Positions 1 through 8,972 of a DNA stretch of 38,347 bases are shown one piece after another. The number at the start of each line of letters is the position of its first letter. The stretch's first letter is position 1. The stretch lies in the IMG/VR virus record IMGVR_UViG_3300025646_000006; one strand, given 5' to 3'. The stretch is from a virus. The notes beneath the pieces were generated by a model. It had not been told where the DNA came from. It saw nothing but the letters and a program-made list of their open reading frames with translations, and searched no databases. A program made the translations under genes and the position numbers.

Positions 1-127
1 AATAGGATGGGCAAGGGAATTCAAAGGCAGACCGCAGCCTAGATTTTATAATTACTACAAGCTAAAACACTTACTGAAGGTTTAACATGGGTTCTAAAGT
101 TTCAATGCCAACGCCGCCCCCGGCACC
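1..127. repeat. Terminal 127-bp sequence identical to 38221..38347 (contig-end overlap; genome closes on itself, unique length 38,220 bp)
   Basis: Read directly: aataggatgg...cggcacc occurs at both ends. Genes run through the junction: the ORF ending at 38305 corresponds to base 85, and the next ATG at 87 equals 38307. Confidence 0.95.
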
Positions 128-1223
128 TCGTCCGATTGACCCCGGCCAGTCCGCCCTTGAGTTCACGCGAGCGATGGCTGACCCCGTGCTTCAGGGCCAG
201 ATTCTTGCATCCGAGCAGATGTATCGTCCGCAATACACGCAGCTTGAACTTGCGGATATTAACACCCTCCTTCAAGGTGGTGGCGGGAATATGGGACTCC
301 TTGGCCTGCAAGACTTGGCCTCGCGTCAAGCCGCTGGTATCGGTCAGGAACTCACAAGCGCACAGCGTGCTGCTGACATTGCTGACGTTGAAGCCCTTGG
401 TGGCCGCGCTACGGCTGCGCTGCGTGCGGCTGACCCGATGCAGCAAGCGATTGTTAATCAGCTTAATGCCCTTGCCGCCCAGCGGTTCGCGGCTACTGGC
501 CAGCTTTCTCCGCAAGAGATGCGTGGCGCACAGCAAGCCGCTCGTCTCGGTGGACTTTCCCGTGGTCGCGTAGGCGACGTTAGCACAGTTGCTTCTGAGG
601 TTCTTAACCGCGAGCAAGCCCTTGCCGCTCGCCGTCAGGAAGCGTTACAAGCTGCTCAGATGGCGTTTGCCGCTAACCAAGCTACCGCCGCTGACCCCTT
701 CCAAGCTATCCTTGGTCGTCCCGCGCAAGCCCCCGGTATGGGCATGGCTTCTACGCAGTTCGCTGCTGGCCTTGCTGGTCAGCCCCTTGGCCCGAACCTC
801 TTTGACCCGAACGCCGGTATTAACCTCGCGCTTCAGCAAAATGCTAACCTGGCAAATTATCAGTCTAGCCTGTATGGTGCTCAGGCCGGTTACGCTGGTG
901 CTACAAATCAGGGCCGTGGTGCCATGATTGGCGGCATTGTTGGTGGCCTTGGTGCTCTTGGTGGTGGCATTGCTGGTGGCATTGGTGCCGCCGCCGGTTG
1001 TTGGGTAGCCCGTGAGGTCTTCGGTAACGAGAATCCGATGTGGCTCTTGTTCCGTCAGTGGCTGTTTGAGAACTCCCCTGACTGGTTCTTTAACCTTTAC
1101 ATTAAACACGGCGAGAAGTTCGCTCAGTTCATTTCGGACAAGCCGCTTATCAAGTGGGCTATCCGCAAGTGGATGACGGGTATCGTTGAGCGTAAGTTCG
1201 CCGCTAACCCCGCTTTCATCTAA
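87..1223 (+). CDS. Virion-associated protein with a C-terminal glycine zipper (putative internal/ejection protein)
   Basis: ATG ORF of 378 aa, Ala/Gln/Gly-rich. It has the GxxxG run GAMIGGIVGGLGALGGGIAGGIGAAAG followed by a Trp/Phe-rich tail (CWVAREVFGNENPMWLLFRQWLF). It sits in the distal block of the late arm. Function is inferred from position and composition only. Confidence 0.4.
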   Translation: MGSKVSMPTPPPAPRPIDPGQSALEFTRAMADPVLQGQILASEQMYRPQYTQLELADINTLLQGGGGNMGLLGLQDLASRQAAGIGQELTSAQRAADIADVEALGGRATAALRAADPMQQAIVNQLNALAAQRFAATGQLSPQEMRGAQQAARLGGLSRGRVGDVSTVASEVLNREQALAARRQEALQAAQMAFAANQATAADPFQAILGRPAQAPGMGMASTQFAAGLAGQPLGPNLFDPNAGINLALQQNANLANYQSSLYGAQAGYAGATNQGRGAMIGGIVGGLGALGGGIAGGIGAAAGCWVAREVFGNENPMWLLFRQWLFENSPDWFFNLYIKHGEKFAQFISDKPLIKWAIRKWMTGIVERKFAANPAFI

Positions 1224-2821
1224 TGGCTTACGGATTCGGCACAGGCGTTCAAGCAGGACTTGGCGCAACAGATTACTCTAACTACCTCCGTGGTGCTCTC
1301 TCTGGGGCGCAGATGGAGGCGCAGGGGACTGCCGCTATCGGGCAAGGCATCCAGAACGCCCTTAGTTCTATCGGCGTTGGCGTGCAGAAATACATGAAGA
1401 ACAAGGAGGAGAAGCTTCTTAATAAGGAAGCAACTGACATTATTTCTCCGATGATAGATAGTCCCTTTGTTCGTAAGGCATTAAATATTCCAGAGAATGC
1501 AACGCGAGAAGACATTGATAAAATTGTAATGAAACAGGTAAGGGTGTTTGGCGCGGCCAATGCGTTTAAACTTGTTGATGAGGCAAGGAAGTCTGCTGCG
1601 TTTCAAGTTGGCGTTGGTGCTATTCCCCAAACGATTACGGAAACAGTTGAAGAAAAGGTTCCAACATTTCTTACTCCAGACGTAAATATTTCTGCGCCAA
1701 CCTCGTTCTTGATGAACGCTCCCCAGCCGTCCGTTGAGGACTTCATGCAGACGGGAAAGATTACGCCTCAAGCCCCAGCCATGGCGATTGACATGGTCAG
1801 CAAGCAGCCTGCTGCCCCCGCCGCTGCGCCTGAGGCACCAGCGATTAAACCTGTTCCCAAGAACATTGAGCAATACTTTGCTTTTAACGCGCAAACTGGA
1901 AGCCTTGTCCCGACAAGAAGGCTTGAGCAGGATACGCTTGCGGTTACGTCTGACTTTCAAAATCTAGAGAAAGAAAAGGAGCGGATTAATTCTATACTTA
2001 AAAGCGGATATAAGAGCACTAATGTTGGTGTTTCACCAACAGGTTCTCCCAACATCATAACCTCTCAACTTAGCGGAGAGGATATTCAGTCGTATAATCA
2101 ACAACTTTCCAGCATTGAACAGCAACAAGAACCGCTAAAGAATAAGTTAATTGAGTTTGCTAACGTTCGCCAGTCTGCTGCTGATTTCGGAAAGCAACCT
2201 GACAAGAAGCCTAGTATTGAGGAAACGGCGTCTAATGTGATTGACCGCTCGCTACGCTTTGCAGAGGAGGTTAACCTTGACCCAGTTGACAAGAATCAAT
2301 GGCTGCAAATGAAGACCGTCCTCAAGGACATCCCGCGCAAGGCTACTGACGGAGAAAAGATTGCGGCCTTCGTTAAGGCTTACGGAGAGATTGCTCCGAT
2401 TGACTCTAGCGTTTACTTCAAGATGAAGCAACTGTTCGATACCACTCCGGTGATTACGGACCTCGGTGGCGGCAATCAGCTTGTTACGGTTGGCAACCAA
2501 AGCTTTTTGATTAGGGCCGACGAAGTGAAACCAATGTCAGCTAGTGACCGTAGGCTTAATAACCAAGAGGGGTATGCGCAACTCTTGATACTTGCAAAAA
2601 ATATGGGGGTAGACGAATTTATCGCCAAGCATCCTCCGCTTTATAATAAGCTAGAACAGCTGCACGTTTTATATGGAGATAGAAATTCATTCACTAATAG
2701 TATATTTCCACTCCGGCAAGCCATTGCCGCACTCTCCGAACAACCAGCAACAAATGTCACCGCAACGACTAGTGGAAACAATGTTCGCGCCGCTGCTAAT
2801 AGGGTTCTTGAACAACAATAA
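1223..2821 (+). CDS. Hypothetical virion protein (late operon, 532 aa)
   Basis: ATG overlaps the upstream stop (TAATG). It lies between two other large late-arm proteins. No enzymatic motif recognised. Confidence 0.4.
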   Translation: MAYGFGTGVQAGLGATDYSNYLRGALSGAQMEAQGTAAIGQGIQNALSSIGVGVQKYMKNKEEKLLNKEATDIISPMIDSPFVRKALNIPENATREDIDKIVMKQVRVFGAANAFKLVDEARKSAAFQVGVGAIPQTITETVEEKVPTFLTPDVNISAPTSFLMNAPQPSVEDFMQTGKITPQAPAMAIDMVSKQPAAPAAAPEAPAIKPVPKNIEQYFAFNAQTGSLVPTRRLEQDTLAVTSDFQNLEKEKERINSILKSGYKSTNVGVSPTGSPNIITSQLSGEDIQSYNQQLSSIEQQQEPLKNKLIEFANVRQSAADFGKQPDKKPSIEETASNVIDRSLRFAEEVNLDPVDKNQWLQMKTVLKDIPRKATDGEKIAAFVKAYGEIAPIDSSVYFKMKQLFDTTPVITDLGGGNQLVTVGNQSFLIRADEVKPMSASDRRLNNQEGYAQLLILAKNMGVDEFIAKHPPLYNKLEQLHVLYGDRNSFTNSIFPLRQAIAALSEQPATNVTATTSGNNVRAAANRVLEQQ

Positions 2822-2829
2822 ACAATACC

Positions 2830-5800
2830 ATGGCAAACGCCGACGCATATGCGGAGTGGATTGTTGCTAACAAGGACAAAAAAGGCACTCCTGATTTTGA
2901 AACCGTAGCCGCTGCTTACAGAGAAGCGGTTGCGGAGGAGCAGGGTCAAATACCAAGCCAAGGACCGTCCATTGGTCGCATGGCTGCCGATACGGGCATT
3001 GAGGTTGGCGGTGCTATTGCCGGTCAGCTTGCAGGTGCCCCATTCGCACCAGCTACGTTTGGACTTTCTGTGCCTATTGGTGGTGCTGTTGGTGGTGCCA
3101 CTGCTAACATTGCTGTTCAAAAGGGACAGATTGCTCGCGGAGAACGCGAGAAGTTTTCTTATGGTGAACTTGCTGTTGCTACTTTACTAAGCGGAATACC
3201 CGGCGGCAAAGCACTTAAGGGTGGAACAACACTTGGTAGAACCATAGCAAAGAGAGCGGTTCAGGGTGCTGGAATTTCTACTGGCTCCGAACTAGCCAAG
3301 ACTGTAATTGACGAGGGCCGCATCCCAACACAAGAGGAATTTACTACGGCTCTTGCGCTTGGAACGGTAACTGGTGGCGCACTTGGTGGCGCAGAAACAG
3401 CAGTGTCTAAGTATGCTTCAAAAGCGATTTCTGGTATTAAGGAATACGGCGCGATTAAGGAACTCGTCCCGACGATTAGAAAGATTGCTGGCGAGAAAAG
3501 CCAGCTTGCCGTTGATGGCGAGTTCGCCATCAGAGACATGGACAAGGCACTGCGCTCAATTAAAGATAAAGCCCAGCGTGCGGAAGCGGCAGACTTTACT
3601 CTTCAGTATCTTCGCGGCGAAACAAATCTTGCTAATGTCCCAGAGGCAATAGCCCCCTCCGTAAAGCTTGTCAGAAAAGTAATTGATGATACAACGGAAA
3701 GAGGCATACAGCTTGGACTCGTTGAGGGTAAGGGCGCACTTGAAAACGCCATGCTTGATAATCTTGGCGCATACCTTAACCGCTCTTACAAAGTGTTCAA
3801 CGGGTGGCGTCCAGACATCCCGACAATGCAGCGATGGGTCGAGGGCAATGTAGCAGACCGCGTTGAGAAACTTACCCAGCGAGCAATCAGGTCGCGTATG
3901 TATCGCGCCCAAGCATTGCAGAACATGGGAATCAAGCAGCCAAACCTTCAGCCCCTTAGCGAATTAAGGGCTGGTGTGTTAAAGCGTGCTGATAAGTTTC
4001 GACAAGAATACACGGACATCGCTAACCAATTAGTTGACCGCGAGGGCGCAATGCAGTTTGCCACAACGGGCAGGCTTAACGCGAGGAGTGGGGTTTATCG
4101 TCGCAAAAAAGACATAGACCCGCTTACAAGGGAACTACTTGGCGAGATTCACGACCCTGTTTATCTTGCGTCTGAAACGCTTGCGAAGATGACTGCATCC
4201 GAAGCCAAGTTTAAGGTTATGCAAGAGGTTGCATCTGTCGGGCAGACGGCTGGCTTGTTCCGAAAGCAATCTAAGCTTGGCGATGTATTAGTTGTTGAGC
4301 CTGAGGACAAGCTTCTTAATCCACTTGCTGGCCTATACACTACTCCAGAGGTTCGTAATGCTTTCAATGCTTATACGTCAAACGACCTCGACCCAATCTT
4401 ACAGCACTTCGGCCTTGTTGCCTCACTATCTTCTATTGCCAAGCTTCCGAAAACGCTTGGTTCGCTAAAGGGCTGGGCATCTAACATATGGGGCGGCGTG
4501 ATGGATACCATTGCCCAGGGTCACGGCTTGGAGTTTCTGCGTGCCAAAAACTATGTAACTGCTAAAAATAACTTTCTGCTTAACTTAGGTATTGGTAAGC
4601 CAGACGGAACGCTGAGAACAAAAGAAACCCTTGAGTTGTTTAAGTTCTTTAGGCGCCAGGGCTTCATTCGTGGTAACGTGCAGTTTAACGACTTCAAGCG
4701 CGGCTTGCTTGAGTCCGATAAGAGCTTCCTTAACAGGCTACCTACTAAAGCAAAGGAGAAGATTAAGGGAAGCATTGAAACAGTTGGTAAGCTTTACTCG
4801 GCCCCAGAAACAGCAACTAAAGTGTTTAACTTTTATGGGGAACTTTCCGCGCTAAAGAAGGCGTATCCTGCTGAATCAATGGAAAAACTGATGGAAAGGG
4901 CCGCTGAAAAAGTAAGGCTTACTACCCAGGATTCCGATTCGCTACCAAGGTTCATAAGAAACTTTTCATCTATTGGATTCCTTGACCCGTTTGTTTCTTA
5001 CACGGCTGACCGATTCCGTGTCGTTTTTAATACTTACAAACTAGGCTTGCAAGAAATGGCTAGCGGTAATGCCGTGATGAGAAACCGAGGGGCTAGCCGT
5101 ATGGCCGCTATGTCAACCCTTCTTGGCGGCGTAGCATACGTTGGCTCTAACCCTTGGCTGAGTCGCGAGGAAGAGGAAGCGGTAAGAAATCGTATGCCTA
5201 GCTGGGATAAGGACGGCCTCGTTACGATTAACAAGAACGACGATGGGACTTACTCATACATTAACCTTAACTACACGTTCCCGCACTCTATCGCTATTGA
5301 GGCAGCATCCCTTGCAGCCCGACAAGCAACGCCAGAAGAAGCGTTCTCTGCTTTGTCTAAGTCGCTAGGCAAGCAACTCTTCGGTGCTAATCTTTTGCTC
5401 GCTCCTGTATCTGAGGTGGTGTCCGGTAAGACTAAGTATGGCACTCCCATTACCAGCGAGAACGCTCCGATTTACAAGCAGTTCATAGATAACTCTAGTT
5501 ACTTCTTGGACAATACCCTTAACCCGCTTGTTGTCCGCGAAACGAATAAATTCTTTAAGACACTCAAATCTAAGGACTTCAAGGTTGAGACGCCCGGCGG
5601 CCAGGTTTACACAATGAATGACCTGCTTGCCGAGAACTTCGGCGGCATCAGAAAGAAGACTTTTAACCCTTACTCTAGGCTTAAGACCGATGCGTTTGCT
5701 TTAAGCAAAACAATGTCAGACGACAGAATCTCTTATGCCTCTGCTAGAAAGCGTGCGCTTGACGATGCGGAAAAGCAGGCTGCATATAAAGAGTATCTTC

Positions 5801-6312
5801 CTCTACATGGAACTGCTTTTAATAAGGTAAGGCAAATCGTTAATGATTCTAGGGCGCTTGGCCTTACTGATGAGGAGATTGCGCTTACGCTAAAAGAGGG
5901 GCGCATAGACTCGCAGACAATCCTTGGTGCCCTTACGGACACTTACTTGCCGCCGCCCGTTGAGAAAGACAGGTCAGCAGAGTTACTTGCTGACGAGGTT
6001 ATGAATCTTCCTGCGTCCCAGCGTGGGTCTGCTATTTCAAAGATTGCTCGTGAGCAGCCGCAAATTGCGGCCAGCGTTGCAAACAGGGTTAAGTCCCAGA
6101 TGCGCGACCTTGCCCTTGGCGTTAATGAAGTGGACCGATTGATTGGTGCGCTTGACGCTAACGATGGAACACGGGCTAAGTATATTACCCAGCAGCTTGC
6201 TAAACTTCGCACCCAGCAAGAGCGGCAAGCTTACATTAACGAGCTACAAAGCAAGAGACTGTTGACGCCGCTTGTTTACGAACAAGTAAAAGCGTATCTA
6301 GTTTCTCAGTGA
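2830..6312 (+). CDS. Large (1160 aa) putative internal virion / DNA-ejection protein
   Basis: Longest ORF and the last gene of the late arm. The N-terminal region has Gly-zipper-like hydrophobic segments (GIEVGGAIAGQLAGAPFAPATFGLSVPIGGAVGGATANIAV). Size and position resemble podovirus core/ejection proteins. No catalytic motif seen. Confidence 0.45.
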   Translation: MANADAYAEWIVANKDKKGTPDFETVAAAYREAVAEEQGQIPSQGPSIGRMAADTGIEVGGAIAGQLAGAPFAPATFGLSVPIGGAVGGATANIAVQKGQIARGEREKFSYGELAVATLLSGIPGGKALKGGTTLGRTIAKRAVQGAGISTGSELAKTVIDEGRIPTQEEFTTALALGTVTGGALGGAETAVSKYASKAISGIKEYGAIKELVPTIRKIAGEKSQLAVDGEFAIRDMDKALRSIKDKAQRAEAADFTLQYLRGETNLANVPEAIAPSVKLVRKVIDDTTERGIQLGLVEGKGALENAMLDNLGAYLNRSYKVFNGWRPDIPTMQRWVEGNVADRVEKLTQRAIRSRMYRAQALQNMGIKQPNLQPLSELRAGVLKRADKFRQEYTDIANQLVDREGAMQFATTGRLNARSGVYRRKKDIDPLTRELLGEIHDPVYLASETLAKMTASEAKFKVMQEVASVGQTAGLFRKQSKLGDVLVVEPEDKLLNPLAGLYTTPEVRNAFNAYTSNDLDPILQHFGLVASLSSIAKLPKTLGSLKGWASNIWGGVMDTIAQGHGLEFLRAKNYVTAKNNFLLNLGIGKPDGTLRTKETLELFKFFRRQGFIRGNVQFNDFKRGLLESDKSFLNRLPTKAKEKIKGSIETVGKLYSAPETATKVFNFYGELSALKKAYPAESMEKLMERAAEKVRLTTQDSDSLPRFIRNFSSIGFLDPFVSYTADRFRVVFNTYKLGLQEMASGNAVMRNRGASRMAAMSTLLGGVAYVGSNPWLSREEEEAVRNRMPSWDKDGLVTINKNDDGTYSYINLNYTFPHSIAIEAASLAARQATPEEAFSALSKSLGKQLFGANLLLAPVSEVVSGKTKYGTPITSENAPIYKQFIDNSSYFLDNTLNPLVVRETNKFFKTLKSKDFKVETPGGQVYTMNDLLAENFGGIRKKTFNPYSRLKTDAFALSKTMSDDRISYASARKRALDDAEKQAAYKEYLPLHGTAFNKVRQIVNDSRALGLTDEEIALTLKEGRIDSQTILGALTDTYLPPPVEKDRSAELLADEVMNLPASQRGSAISKIAREQPQIAASVANRVKSQMRDLALGVNEVDRLIGALDANDGTRAKYITQQLAKLRTQQERQAYINELQSKRLLTPLVYEQVKAYLVSQ

Positions 6313-6500
6313 GCAAGCCGCATCCTGGCGGTAGCTTGTAACCTATCCATCCCATTAACCCAAGACTCGGGGATGATGCCGAGGGGTTTACCGTTCGTGG
6401 CCCAGACATACACGTTACCCTCGTGCAAGGTTACGTTGCCTACTTCCCATCGGTGGTTAGCCGCGATGCGCTTAATCTTCTCTTTCAGTTCGTCGCTCAT
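6306..6500 (-). CDS. Hypothetical protein (64 aa), last gene of the minus arm
   Basis: ATG ORF downstream of the tRNA. Its 3' end overlaps the 3' end of the convergent 1160-aa gene by 7 nt. Confidence 0.4.
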   Translation of the reverse strand: MSDELKEKIKRIAANHRWEVGNVTLHEGNVYVWATNGKPLGIIPESWVNGMDRLQATARMRLAH

Positions 6501-6534
6501 AGTATCTAGTTGTTCGTAGTTGTTCTGTTTCGTT

Positions 6535-6609
6535 TGGAGCCTGAGACTGGAATCGAACCAGCAACCGCCTGTTTACAAAACAGGTGCTCTACCGTTGAGC
6601 TACTCAGGC
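6535..6609 (-). tRNA. tRNA-Thr: tRNA-Thr (anticodon UGU), CCA encoded
   Basis: The reverse complement folds as a cloverleaf. Acceptor GCCTGAG/CTCAGGC, D arm GCTC-AACGGTA-GAGC, anticodon arm CCTGT-TTTGTAA-ACAGG (anticodon TGT), T arm GCTGG-TTCGATT-CCAGT, discriminator T, then CCA. Total 75 nt. Confidence 0.9.
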
Positions 6610-6645
6610 AAAAAAAGTCCCCGGCTTTTATGCGATTACCGGGGA
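6610..6645 (-). terminator. Rho-independent terminator after the putative SSB gene
   Basis: Minus strand has a 7-bp stem UCCCCGG/CCGGGGA with a 14-nt loop, then C and a run of 7 U that ends at the tRNA 5' end. Confidence 0.7.
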
Positions 6646-6697
6646 GGTGATGAAAACTAACCAGCGAAGAGTTACCGCCGTCGCAATACCTAATTGT

Positions 6698-7252
6698 TTA
6701 GTAAGGCAAGTCGTCCTCGGGTGCAGGGGTTTCAATCGTGCGCTGACCGAACCACCACAAGGCACCCCACTCAGGAGCACGGAGTGCAGCGTTATCAGCA
6801 ATCTCAGGGAGGCCAGCGTCGTTAAACGCCTTGCGCGTAGCCGAGGCTAGGTCGGCCCACGCCTTAGCCAGTTCAGCCCCATTAAGGGCCGTTTCCGTGG
6901 CAGTATGAGCCTGTTTTGCAGGCGTAGCGTAAGCCTGATTGCTTTCGGAGTGGCTGTCCACGGCGTCTTGCGTAGTCACGATGACGGATTTGCCAAGAGA
7001 AATCTGAGGCTTGCCGTTGTAATCATCCTTACGCTTCATGCCTTTCCCGCTGAACGCGACGGTCTTGTTATTGTTAGGGACGAAGATAGGGGCATCAGAC
7101 ATCGCGCTGACATCTGTTCCATCTACGACGATTACGGCTGTTTCGTAAGGGCCGAACTTGCCAAGGCGTTGCTTGGCGAACTTCACTGTTCCACTAAAGG
7201 AACCGTTAATGTAATTTCCCGGCTGGGTGTTGACGATGGTATCTAGGCTCAT
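6698..7252 (-). CDS. Putative single-stranded DNA-binding protein
   Basis: 184 aa in the replication arm. The beta-rich N-terminal half is followed by a flexible Ala/Thr/Gln linker and an acidic aromatic C-terminal tail (APEDDLPY) like the DDDIPF-type SSB tail. Inference only. Confidence 0.35.
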   Translation of the reverse strand: MSLDTIVNTQPGNYINGSFSGTVKFAKQRLGKFGPYETAVIVVDGTDVSAMSDAPIFVPNNNKTVAFSGKGMKRKDDYNGKPQISLGKSVIVTTQDAVDSHSESNQAYATPAKQAHTATETALNGAELAKAWADLASATRKAFNDAGLPEIADNAALRAPEWGALWWFGQRTIETPAPEDDLPY

Positions 7253-7291
7253 GGTTTTTTTGTTAGTTATGGTTATGCTGCTGTCAAGAAG

Positions 7292-8164
7292 TTACGAGGT
7301 GCCGCGAATGTTGAACTCAATCCGGTCTTCTTTGGTTGCTTTGTTAATGCGGCGGACTGGGGTAATTTCAAACTCAATCCACCCGAGAGCGCAAGGACTT
7401 CTTGCGGCATCTACGTTATAAGACACGCGACCGTTCTCGTAAGCCTTGAGGAATGAACCCGTGCGGCCAAGCCAAGGCGTCCGCTCGCGGACAGTAAGCT
7501 CTGGGTTCTTCCCGCCAGAGACAAGCGTCAGGCGCGGGGACGATGGGATACAACCTTTCTTGTGGTCGTGGCCCATCAGATAAAAGTCAGCGTCAGCAGA
7601 TTGCTGCATCTTCTCTAACGTATTAAACGTAGAACCGGGGAGCGTGCCGCCGCCCTTACCGTGATGCGCGAAAATGTCGAGGGACTGGCGTTGCGTGCGG
7701 CCCTTGAACCGAAGGCTAAGACGGATGAACGAGCACACGCCGAGGAACTTGGTTTGCAAGTAAGCCGCAAGCATATGGTCAGTCGTGTCGCCGTTATCGA
7801 AAGCGAAGTAATGATTGCCACCGAGCAGCCCGATGCACCGCCCACGCATGAAGTCTAGCTCGTTAGCGAGGGTCTTCATCACGCCTTTGTAAACGCCGTC
7901 AAGCGTCCGCTTAGTCGTGTCGTGCATCCCAGTATCGCTAAGGATGATGCGCTCCGAGGTAGATACGCCGTCAGAGTAATCGCCCATGCCGAGGAACACT
8001 GCGTTCTTCTGCTGCTTGGCGTAGTCCAGGAACTCGGACCAATGCTCGTCAGCGTGCATATCAGAGTCGCGGTGAATGTCTCCGAAAGGGATGAGCTTAA
8101 ACGGCTTCCCTGTTTCTACTTCGATTTCCACGCGATGCGTGGTGAACAGTCCTGTGGTTTTCAC
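7292..8164 (-). CDS. Calcineurin-like metallophosphoesterase (phosphatase or SbcD/Mre11-like nuclease family)
   Basis: Ordered motifs are present: GDIHRD, GMGDYSDG, GGNHYF, HHGKGGG, GHDHKK. The GTG start overlaps the upstream TGA (GTGA at 8161-8164). Confidence 0.75.
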   Translation of the reverse strand: MKTTGLFTTHRVEIEVETGKPFKLIPFGDIHRDSDMHADEHWSEFLDYAKQQKNAVFLGMGDYSDGVSTSERIILSDTGMHDTTKRTLDGVYKGVMKTLANELDFMRGRCIGLLGGNHYFAFDNGDTTDHMLAAYLQTKFLGVCSFIRLSLRFKGRTQRQSLDIFAHHGKGGGTLPGSTFNTLEKMQQSADADFYLMGHDHKKGCIPSSPRLTLVSGGKNPELTVRERTPWLGRTGSFLKAYENGRVSYNVDAARSPCALGWIEFEITPVRRINKATKEDRIEFNIRGTS

Positions 8165-8502
8165 TTAGCTTCCTTTTGCTTGTGGTTATATCTGTGCAAG
8201 ATTGTCTTACAGGTGCCGATTGGGATACCTAGCTCATTGGACACTTGCCAGTAAGACAGCCCAGAAAGTCGAAGCCTGATTACGTCTTGTTGCAGGTCAA
8301 AAGCCCGCTGGCGGTTAGCCGAGCGAACCGTCTTTTTTTGGGGGTCTGGGAACGTAGCGTGCTTGGCAACAACGCCGCGAGGTTGAATCAGCGTGCGGTA
8401 GTCAACGTGTCGCCCGGTAGAGTCTTCGTCTGTCGGCTTGTATTTCTCCAGCAAATGCTGGATGGCCCGAGAGGATTCGCAAATGCGGTTGCCTTCAAAC
8501 AT
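8161..8502 (-). CDS. Small helix-turn-helix DNA-binding protein (sigma region-4 / LuxR-like C-terminus)
   Basis: The C-terminal segment LRLSGLSYWQVSNELGIPIGTCKTILHRYN looks like an HTH. The track start at 8529 is TTG; the in-frame ATG at 8502 is preferred. Confidence 0.5.
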   Translation of the reverse strand: MFEGNRICESSRAIQHLLEKYKPTDEDSTGRHVDYRTLIQPRGVVAKHATFPDPQKKTVRSANRQRAFDLQQDVIRLRLSGLSYWQVSNELGIPIGTCKTILHRYNHKQKEAK

Positions 8503-8680
8503 CGTCGGCTTCTTTCGTGTAGTCCGCAACCTGAGCGAGCAAGACGAGAGCCTCTGCCCCCACCTTCATCCGCTCAAGGCTTTTGAAAAAGGCGACCTCA
8601 TCGCCGTCTCGGTATGCTTCCTCGGCATCCCGAAGCAGCGCGTTAGTCACTTGTTTGATTTGCTCGTTAGTATCTTTCAT
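8495..8680 (-). CDS. Hypothetical protein (61 aa, acidic, helical)
   Basis: ATG ORF packed between the HNH and HTH genes with short overlaps on both sides. Confidence 0.4.
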   Translation of the reverse strand: MKDTNEQIKQVTNALLRDAEEAYRDGDEVAFFKSLERMKVGAEALVLLAQVADYTKEADDV

Positions 8681-8972
8681 TTGTAATCCTCAAAATCCAG
8701 TTGTTTTCCTCGGCCCAGGCTGGGTTGTTATGAATATAGTTATGGCAAAAGCGGCAGACTGCAACGAAAATCGTCGTGTCGCATAGCTTCCCGCCGCGCC
8801 CCAAGGGGAGACGGTGATGAATGTCTATTGCTTTGTTCGTTTCGCATATCTCACAGATAGGTCTTTTCTTTATATGGCCGCTCTTGAGCTTGCGGTATTC
8901 CTTTAGTTCTTCGGCACGCTTAGACGACACGCGGTTAAGCGGTGTCTTACGTTTCAGCGGTGAGCGTTTCAT
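8667..8972 (-). CDS. HNH endonuclease
   Basis: CEICETNKAIDIHHRLPLGRGG...CRFCHNYIHNNP gives the Cys pairs plus the HNH His/Asn pattern. The ATG at 8972 overlaps the methyltransferase stop (ATGA), so it is preferred over the track start at 8990. Confidence 0.8.
   Translation of the reverse strand: MKRSPLKRKTPLNRVSSKRAEELKEYRKLKSGHIKKRPICEICETNKAIDIHHRLPLGRGGKLCDTTIFVAVCRFCHNYIHNNPAWAEENNWILRITNERY

Noticed and set aside
1-127. Biological direct terminal repeat (T7-like DTR)
   Set aside because: An exact length of 127 nt matches a standard assembler k-mer, and a gene boundary runs straight through the repeat. Without read-coverage data, an assembly overlap is the simpler explanation.
7253-7291. 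TTGACA box (minus strand, 7282-7287) as a promoter for the putative SSB gene
   Set aside because: No recognisable -10 element lies at the correct spacing, and any transcript would be nearly leaderless. The evidence is too weak to report as a feature.
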